The position numbers were made by a program, and so were the translations under genes. A DNA stretch of 21,079 bases from Patescibacteria group bacterium (lineage in GTDB: Bacteria > Patescibacteriota > Minisyncoccia > UBA6257 > HR35): contig JAMCWY010000009.1 of the NCBI GenBank assembly GCA_023480925.1, positions 1 through 21,079 on the forward strand. The letters are read 5' to 3'. Under the pieces are notes generated by a model. That model was not told where the DNA came from. It searched no databases and worked only from the letters and a program-made list of their open reading frames with translations. Positions 15,328 to 21,079 of this stretch are shown here, piece after piece (position 1 is the first letter of the stretch; each line of letters begins with the position of its first letter).

Positions 15328-17083
15328 CTTTAAAAATTTTGTCGTAGAGATTGAGGTAGTTGATAATAAATTTTCGCCAATCGCAAATAACGGCCAAACG
15401 CCTGGCCTCGAGTTTGTTCTGAACCCGCTCATCATGATTAAGTTGGCTAAACTCGAACATAATTTTCGCCAAATCATCAACCACTTCTTTGTCTCGGCGC
15501 GTCTTTCTTTTGACAACGAAAATCCCCGGCTTTTTTAAATCAAATTCTGCGTTTCTCTCCAAATAATCGGCAAAGCCGGTTAGATCGGTCGTGATCGTGA
15601 CAACACCGCTGGCCGATGTTTCAAGCGGTGTGTAGCCCCAGGGTTCATAAAATGACGGGAAGACGCCAAGATGGCAACCGCTAATCGCTTCGAAATAGCT
15701 TAAATTCAAAAGGCCATCAACACGAGAAAGATAAGTTGGGTAATAAACAACCTTGACCAAGTCATCAGCCTGGTTGGTCAAACCCGATTCAATTAGAAGT
15801 CGAACAATCTCGTCATCGGGTCGAAGAACATAAGTTGAAAGCGGAATTCGATTTTCTTTTTGAATTTTTTGAAAAAGCCCTTGGATCTCCAAAAACTCGT
15901 CCGGCGTGAATAATGTTTCCGGCGAGATTTTTTCTTTATGAATTAAAAAGTGAACCAAACGGCTTTTAATCTCGTGGCTAAAGTTTTCAATTTTTTCGCC
16001 AAGCTCTCGATAAATATTTAAATTTCTCTCCAAAACCGGATCGATCGTTTTCGCTTCATTCGGGACAAAAAGAAAAACAAAAATCTGAACAGCGCTGTTT
16101 TGAGCTTGAAGTTTTTGTTTAAGCTGGCCCAAAGCCTGAATAAAAACATCAATGCCTTTGTTTTTTATTTCCGGCCGGCCGCTGATAAAATAAATCAGAC
16201 TATTTTTCAGCTCGACCTTGTAAAATGGCGCGAAAAAATAAAGAAGAAAGTCTTGGAAATTATTTTTATTCGAACGATGAGCGTAAGTAATTTCTTCAAC
16301 CGTCGGGAAACGGGAAAAATTCAAACCATTGGGCAAGATCGCGTCAGCCTTGCGGCCTAAAAATTTTTCCGCCTCGACCGCCAAAACCGCGCTGACACAA
16401 GAAAAATACTCGGCCTTTTGAGCCGAAAACTTTTCAATGCTGTGCTTCGCCTCAACGCCCAAACGGTAAGCTTCGATTTCGGGGTTAATTAAATCAAGAT
16501 GCTCCCAAAAATTGATTTGATTGGCGGCTAAACTCCGGCCCAAGACTGTCGCGTGGGTCGTGAAAACTTTTTTGAAAGAAGTTAGGCCGTCGAAAAGAAT
16601 AATCCCGCCCGCCAGCCATTCGTGAAGATGAATAATTTTTTTTGACCCGCTAAAAGCTTGGTCGAAATTTTTTAGAAATAAAGCGGTTGCCTTTGACCAA
16701 GCGACGGGTTGATCGTAGTCAAAGCCGGTCCGGCGGCTATCAATTCGATATTTTTCCCAAAGCTCGTATTTAAGCAAGTTCGGGTTGTTTGAAAAATTTT
16801 TAAAGTCAATCAAAAATCCTTTTGGTCGACTCTCAACCAGCCACTCACCATAATAAACGCCGACGCCCGCTTTTTCGCTCTCGTTAATGATATCTTTAAA
16901 ATCACTCGGCGGATCGAGCCGATTAAATTCCTGAAAACTTTTCTCCGGCAAGAACGGACCAATAACTAAATAATCTTCGCCGAATTCATTTTTAATATAG
17001 AAACTCTTCTCTTTCAAAACCGTGTGAATGCCGCCGACCTTATTGGCGATTTCCCAGCTAGCCTCAACCAAAAATCTTCTCAT
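15317..17083 (-). CDS. Glycogen synthase, eukaryote-like GT3 family
   Basis: The N-terminus EASWEIANKVGGIHTVLKEKS and the motif FPSFYEPWGYTPLE match the GT3 (Gsy-type) glycogen synthase signature. Confidence 0.8.
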   Translation of the reverse strand: MRRFLVEASWEIANKVGGIHTVLKEKSFYIKNEFGEDYLVIGPFLPEKSFQEFNRLDPPSDFKDIINESEKAGVGVYYGEWLVESRPKGFLIDFKNFSNNPNLLKYELWEKYRIDSRRTGFDYDQPVAWSKATALFLKNFDQAFSGSKKIIHLHEWLAGGIILFDGLTSFKKVFTTHATVLGRSLAANQINFWEHLDLINPEIEAYRLGVEAKHSIEKFSAQKAEYFSCVSAVLAVEAEKFLGRKADAILPNGLNFSRFPTVEEITYAHRSNKNNFQDFLLYFFAPFYKVELKNSLIYFISGRPEIKNKGIDVFIQALGQLKQKLQAQNSAVQIFVFLFVPNEAKTIDPVLERNLNIYRELGEKIENFSHEIKSRLVHFLIHKEKISPETLFTPDEFLEIQGLFQKIQKENRIPLSTYVLRPDDEIVRLLIESGLTNQADDLVKVVYYPTYLSRVDGLLNLSYFEAISGCHLGVFPSFYEPWGYTPLETSASGVVTITTDLTGFADYLERNAEFDLKKPGIFVVKRKTRRDKEVVDDLAKIMFEFSQLNHDERVQNKLEARRLAVICDWRKFIINYLNLYDKIFKDEG

Positions 17084-17093
17084 TATTTTTAGT

Positions 17094-18260
17094 TTAACTC
17101 GCGCTTTTTAGAATTAAATCTTCAAGAATATTACGGTAGGTCATGTAAGCTTGATAGGGATTTTCGTAGGGGTTGAAATATTTATGGACATCGCCGTCGG
17201 CGAACCACTTCGTACACATATAATAAAAATGATCGGCGGTTTGAAGTTTGCGCCAGGTTTTAATCGTATCCGGTTTAAGTTTTTTCTTTAAGTTATAAAT
17301 CATCGCCAAAGTTTCCTGCTGCATCTCGTTTCCTAACCAAGCGGTCAGATTTCGCTCGGTGTCGGCCCAGGTAATCGGCTGATCCGTCGCGAAAACGTCT
17401 CGACTCTGATACTTTTTAATCGCCTCGCTTGGCAAAAGAAAATTAAGATCCTGGTGTTTTAATATTTCATTGGGCAGGTTGGCAAAAAAATCGAAGATGC
17501 CGGTTTCCGACCACTGATGTTCGCCGAACGTTTCGAAATCCATAAAAAGATTAATGACCTCGCCCGAGCCGCGAAACTGAGCGATCCAATCGCTAAACTT
17601 ATCCGCGGTCAACGGCCAACCCGACCACCACTTCGAAGAAAAACGAAAACTGATATCGTCCGCCAATTGAAAATTGCGCAAAAGAATTTTTATCTTCTCG
17701 TCTTTGGAGTGATAAATAAAATTAGCCGAGCGCCAGCCGAGTAACCAAGGCACGCCCTCGGTCACGATGCCGTCAAAACCCAAAGCCTTGACCATCTTGG
17801 CCAAATCGTCGAAATAAATCAATTCCGTGTTCGAAAAAACTGTCGGCTCATAATTAAAAAGCGACTCGATCAACTGGCGATGCTGTCGAACCTGTTCTTC
17901 AAACTCAAACCGATCGTAAAGCGACGCGAGCGAGTGATAATAAGTTTCACCAGTGAACTCAACGCTTCGAGTCAAGCTTAAATCTTTCAAAAGACGAATG
18001 ACTTCCGGATGCCAACGTTGAAGTTGATCAATCAACGTCCCGGTAATACCAAAACTTACTTTGAACCGCCCCTCGGTTTCGTAAATTAATTCTTTAATTA
18101 GATTCAAAGTCGGCCAGTATGATTTTTGGACAATCCGATCAAGATAAAATTTATTTTGGTTGTCGTCAAAATAATCTTGGTCCTGGCCAATGTCAAAAAT
18201 GCTGTAATTTTTTAAACGGTTCGGCTGATGAACTTTAAAATAAAAAACGACTGATGGCAT
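17094..18260 (-). CDS. Glycoside hydrolase family 57 (alpha-amylase-like)
   Basis: GH57 conserved regions are present: FKVHQPNRL, VEFTGETYYHS, SNTELIYF (putative nucleophile Glu) and FMDFETFGEH (putative acid/base Asp). Confidence 0.8.
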   Translation of the reverse strand: MPSVVFYFKVHQPNRLKNYSIFDIGQDQDYFDDNQNKFYLDRIVQKSYWPTLNLIKELIYETEGRFKVSFGITGTLIDQLQRWHPEVIRLLKDLSLTRSVEFTGETYYHSLASLYDRFEFEEQVRQHRQLIESLFNYEPTVFSNTELIYFDDLAKMVKALGFDGIVTEGVPWLLGWRSANFIYHSKDEKIKILLRNFQLADDISFRFSSKWWSGWPLTADKFSDWIAQFRGSGEVINLFMDFETFGEHQWSETGIFDFFANLPNEILKHQDLNFLLPSEAIKKYQSRDVFATDQPITWADTERNLTAWLGNEMQQETLAMIYNLKKKLKPDTIKTWRKLQTADHFYYMCTKWFADGDVHKYFNPYENPYQAYMTYRNILEDLILKSAS

Positions 18261-18272
18261 TTGAAGATTTGG

Positions 18273-19442
18273 TTAAAGGCCGAGCGACTGATACGTTTCT
18301 AAAATTAATTGGCGGCGATCATCCCAGTTAAATTTAGGCAATTCCGCGACTGAATTTTTGACCAACTCCCTTTTTAAGGGCGAATATTTTAAGGCGCCGA
18401 TAATGTAACCGGCCATTTTTTTGACATCCCAAAAATCAACTTTTAAAACATTATTAAGATAATCGCCCACGCCGGTTGTTTTAGAAATAATGACCGGCAG
18501 ATCATTTTTAATTCCTTCAAGCGGAACTAGACCGAATGGATCAAAGACGGATGGCACGACCAAGAGATCGACATTTTGATAAACGCCCTCAAGTTGGTCG
18601 CCGCGGAGAAAACCGCCGAAGACAACCTTGTTCAAAACGTCAAACTCTTTCGCCTGTTTGATCAGACCCGGCATCATCTCGCCATCGCCGAGAAAAACAT
18701 ACTTGACATTTTTAACATAATTTGAAACCAAAGGCAATGTTTGAAGAAAATAATCAGGACCTTTTTGTAAAGCGAAGCGACCGACGAAAAGAACAATTTT
18801 ATAACCCTGACTTCGAAGAAGATTAAAATAAAACGGCGCTTGACCAATTCGCTTAATCCGATCAATGCCGTTCGGCACGACCTTAATTTTGTCTCGAGGG
18901 ATCTGATAAAAAGAATAAACGATTTCGCGGGTCAGGTGGCTAACGGTAATAATCTTATCCGCCCGCTCGAACATCTCTTTCTCAAGTTGATAAATTAAGG
19001 GATTGGGGTTGTTGCCAGTTCTTTCAATCTCGGTCGCGTGAACATGAATAACCAGCGGCGTGTTTAATTTTTCTTTTAGATAAACACCGGCCAGGCCGCC
19101 CAACCAGTCGTGAGCGTGGATAACATCAAAATTCAAGTCAAGGTCTTCAATTCGCTGATAAAGCCGTTGGCCATAAGTCAAAACTTCTTCCAGTAAACCG
19201 CTGATATTTTTGAACCAAAACGCCTTTGAGATTTTTGCGTAGGCGGAATAACCCTTGCCGACAACTTTACTATCGGCAAATATAACCTTGAAGGGGCAAT
19301 CATTGATGGGCAGTTGACGCGGTAGACTAAAATAGAGATTGGTTTCCTGGCTCAAACTTTTCGCGAGAAAAAAACAAGCGACGCCAAGACCGCCGCTGTT
19401 AAACGGTGGAAGTTCCCAGCCGATCATTAAAACTTTTCTCAT
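18273..19442 (-). CDS. GT-B glycosyltransferase (GT4/GT5-like), possible second alpha-glucan synthase
   Basis: Motifs are KVLMIGWELPPFNSGGLGVA, HAHDWLGGLAG and LVVPSVFDPFGLVPLEG. This is the first gene of the glucan operon. Confidence 0.7.
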   Translation of the reverse strand: MRKVLMIGWELPPFNSGGLGVACFFLAKSLSQETNLYFSLPRQLPINDCPFKVIFADSKVVGKGYSAYAKISKAFWFKNISGLLEEVLTYGQRLYQRIEDLDLNFDVIHAHDWLGGLAGVYLKEKLNTPLVIHVHATEIERTGNNPNPLIYQLEKEMFERADKIITVSHLTREIVYSFYQIPRDKIKVVPNGIDRIKRIGQAPFYFNLLRSQGYKIVLFVGRFALQKGPDYFLQTLPLVSNYVKNVKYVFLGDGEMMPGLIKQAKEFDVLNKVVFGGFLRGDQLEGVYQNVDLLVVPSVFDPFGLVPLEGIKNDLPVIISKTTGVGDYLNNVLKVDFWDVKKMAGYIIGALKYSPLKRELVKNSVAELPKFNWDDRRQLILETYQSLGL

Positions 19443-19570
19443 TAAATTCTAAATTTTTAAAAATTAAACTAATCTATTCTTTGTCTATTTCAACAAACGC
19501 CAAAATTTTTGGCTCACAGAGCGATCAGCCCTTTCTTCAAGTCCATCAAAATATCTTTTAAAATTATAAA

Positions 19571-20470
19571 TTACTTTAAAAATTTTTTAAAAGTGGATAA
19601 CGCTTCAATTTTAGTCTTGACCCAATGAACGGCACTGATTCGTTCAAGTTCTCGCCTTTGACGTTTAGCTAACCGAATAATGTCGACTAAACATTTTTCT
19701 TCCGCCTCGATCAAATCAATATCGCCTCGAAGATAACGACCAAACCAGCGATATTCCAAACCAAAATTGATAATTCGATCAAAACTTAAACCTTTTCGTC
19801 TCAGGTTTTTGATTTCTTTGACGATGTTGGCTCGCCTTTGGCCTAGTCGTTTAGCGATTTTTAGTTCGAGCCGGCTAAACTCAACCCTTGGCGCCAAGAT
19901 TAAAACCTCGTACTGAGACTGTTTTTTTAAAACTGGGACCGAGCCGAGCTGACGGCCAATTTCGATCGCCCTAATTATTCTTCGCTTATTATTTTGATCA
20001 ACTGTTTTCAGCCGGACCGGATCGATTTTTTTAAGCGCCGAAAGCAAATCGGCCAAGGTTTTTTTCTCCAGGTCTTTTCTTAATTTTCGATTTGGTTTAA
20101 CTTTAACCAAACGCCAACCCTCAACCAAACTTTTTAAATAAAGCAGGGTGCCGCCACAAAAAATCGGCATCCGGCCGGCGCGGATTATTTTTTTAACCGC
20201 TTGGTCAGCGTCTTCAAGCCACCGGCCAAGCGAATAATTTTGGCGGGGCGAAGCGAAGCTGAGAAGATAATGCTTAACTTTTTTTTCTTCTGTTTTTGAA
20301 ATTTTGGCTGAACCAAAATCAAGACCAAGGTAAATTTGTCTTGAATCAGCATTGATAATCTCGCCGCCAATCCGCCGAGCCAGCCAAATCGCCAGATCGG
20401 ACTTGCCCGAGGCGGTTAAACCGGCGATAAAGACAACTTTATTTTTTTTGGTTTCAAGTTTAAATTCCAT
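19571..20470 (-). CDS. miaA: tRNA dimethylallyltransferase
   Basis: The P-loop is GLTASGKS. INADSRQIYLGLDFGSAKIS and the overall length of 299 aa are typical of MiaA. Confidence 0.88.
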   Translation of the reverse strand: MEFKLETKKNKVVFIAGLTASGKSDLAIWLARRIGGEIINADSRQIYLGLDFGSAKISKTEEKKVKHYLLSFASPRQNYSLGRWLEDADQAVKKIIRAGRMPIFCGGTLLYLKSLVEGWRLVKVKPNRKLRKDLEKKTLADLLSALKKIDPVRLKTVDQNNKRRIIRAIEIGRQLGSVPVLKKQSQYEVLILAPRVEFSRLELKIAKRLGQRRANIVKEIKNLRRKGLSFDRIINFGLEYRWFGRYLRGDIDLIEAEEKCLVDIIRLAKRQRRELERISAVHWVKTKIEALSTFKKFLK

Positions 20471-20490
20471 TTTGTTTTAAAATTATAGCC

Positions 20491-20525
20491 AAAAAAAATC
20501 TCTCCGCCGAAAACCGGCGGAGAGA
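20491..20525 (-). terminator. Strong rho-independent terminator after the 90-aa ORF
   Basis: On the minus strand an 11-bp GC-rich stem (tctctccgccg / cggcggagaga) with a 5-nt loop is followed by tttttttt (20498-20491). Confidence 0.8.
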
Positions 20526-20551
20526 CTCTGCTAAACAAACTTGTTTCGTTT

Positions 20552-20824
20552 CTATTGAACCGGCGCGGGCGCAGGAACTGAACCAGCGGAGCCGGTGTCA
20601 GTCGCGCCGCTATTCGGAACGTTCGCGCTTGGATTCGCGCTCGGAATACTTGACGGAAATGGCGGAATATTATTACCCGCGCTAGGCACTGGCGGAATTC
20701 CGTTTGTCTGCTGAATTGTGCTAGCTGATTTTCCTTTGTAGTAAAACCAAGCTAGACCGACCAAGATAATTAAAACGACGATGACGACAACAACAGTAGT
20801 TGTATTTTTACCATTACTGTTCAT
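20552..20824 (-). CDS. Hypothetical small single-pass membrane protein with a Pro/Ser/Ala-rich tail
   Basis: The TM helix is TTTVVVVIVVLIILVGLAWFYY. The gene is bracketed by a near-consensus promoter and a strong terminator. Confidence 0.55.
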   Translation of the reverse strand: MNSNGKNTTTVVVVIVVLIILVGLAWFYYKGKSASTIQQTNGIPPVPSAGNNIPPFPSSIPSANPSANVPNSGATDTGSAGSVPAPAPVQ

Positions 20825-20893
20825 AATTAAAAATACTTTTTCTTAATTAATTTAAGGATTTTCGACTCCTTTAATTTTTTATTTTATTTAACT

Positions 20894-20921
20894 ATTATAA
20901 ACGAAAAAACATAGAAGTCAA
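20894..20921 (-). promoter_or_regulatory. Near-consensus sigma70 promoter for the 90-aa ORF
   Basis: The minus strand reads TTGACT (20921-20916), a 16-nt spacer, then TATAAT (20899-20894). Confidence 0.5.
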
Positions 20922-21035
20922 GACGAACAAAATTATAATTAAGACTGCCTATTTAACCTTGAATCAAATAATTTCATCAACGCTCCAGCCAAAAACAAAA
21001 CTCGTTTCAAAGTCTCTTTTTTTGAACCAGGCGCT

Positions 21036-21079
21036 TGGTCGTGCCTGGACTCGAACCAGGGGCCTTTCGGATGTGAACC
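21036..21079 (-). tRNA. tRNA-Val (CAC), 3' part only (truncated by the window end)
   Basis: The reverse complement reads ..GG-TTCACAT-CCGAA-AGGCC-CCTGG-TTCGAGT-CCAGG-CACGACC-A. No CCA is encoded. Confidence 0.8.

Noticed and set aside
15328-15516. Longer 599-aa version of the debranching-enzyme ORF
   Set aside because: The extra 63 codons overlap the 3' end of the GT3 glycogen synthase gene by 200 nt in another frame and translate to non-conserved sequence. The ATG at 15327 gives a compact 11-nt overlap typical of this operon.
800-20370. Short nested or antisense ORFs from the track: 800-1051, 951-1202, 4615-4830, 5149-5349, 5285-5506, 8997-9188, 10227-10412, 10688-10870, 11395-11688, 11962-12159, 12305-12502, 13042-13392, 13989-14177, 15254-15538, 16100-16360, 17517-17744, 18674-18865, 20185-20370
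   Set aside because: Each lies entirely within, or antisense to, a longer ORF with clear family motifs. Their translations are low-complexity or Arg/Ser/Leu-rich shadow-frame products.
1-21079. CRISPR arrays, insertion sequences, prophage or defence-system genes
   Set aside because: I saw no spaced direct repeats, transposase or Cas-like ORFs, or restriction/toxin-like ORFs. Every ORF of at least 80 aa is accounted for by housekeeping, glucan-metabolism or hypothetical membrane proteins.

Overview
The window is a compact, mostly housekeeping stretch of a small, moderately AT-rich bacterial genome. The style (type IV pilin, 4-nt ATGA gene overlaps, very short AT-rich intergenic regions) suggests an uncultivated Patescibacteria/CPR-like organism, but that is inference only. 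The standard genetic code applies: TGA, TAA and TAG all terminate long ORFs.

Gene content, in order:
- a GC-rich structured segment ending in two terminators
- a type IV pilin gene
- a decayed SpoU/TrmH-type methyltransferase
- five tRNA genes (CAT, GTC, CAT, GCC and a partial CAC), none encoding a 3' CCA
- an HD-domain CCA-adding enzyme gene 10 nt after tRNA-Gly
- a type-2 isoleucyl-tRNA synthetase
- a minus-strand operon of rpsO, an NYN-domain protein, pnp, a membrane protein and a DksA/TraR-like protein
- a Xer-type tyrosine recombinase
- a four-gene alpha-glucan operon (GT4/5-like transferase, GH57, eukaryote-type GT3 glycogen synthase, GDE-type debranching enzyme)
- miaA
- a small membrane protein

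The most unusual observation is a complete, catalytically intact-looking histidine-phosphatase (PGAM-like) domain of about 200 aa. It is inserted in frame between the two halves of the zinc knuckle of the IleRS.

Other points of interest:
- a predicted NYN ribonuclease translationally wedged between rpsO and pnp
- a colinear methyltransferase pseudogene with two in-frame stops
- an atypical CAT tRNA
- a recurrent TGnTAnAnT extended -10 motif upstream of seven transcription units
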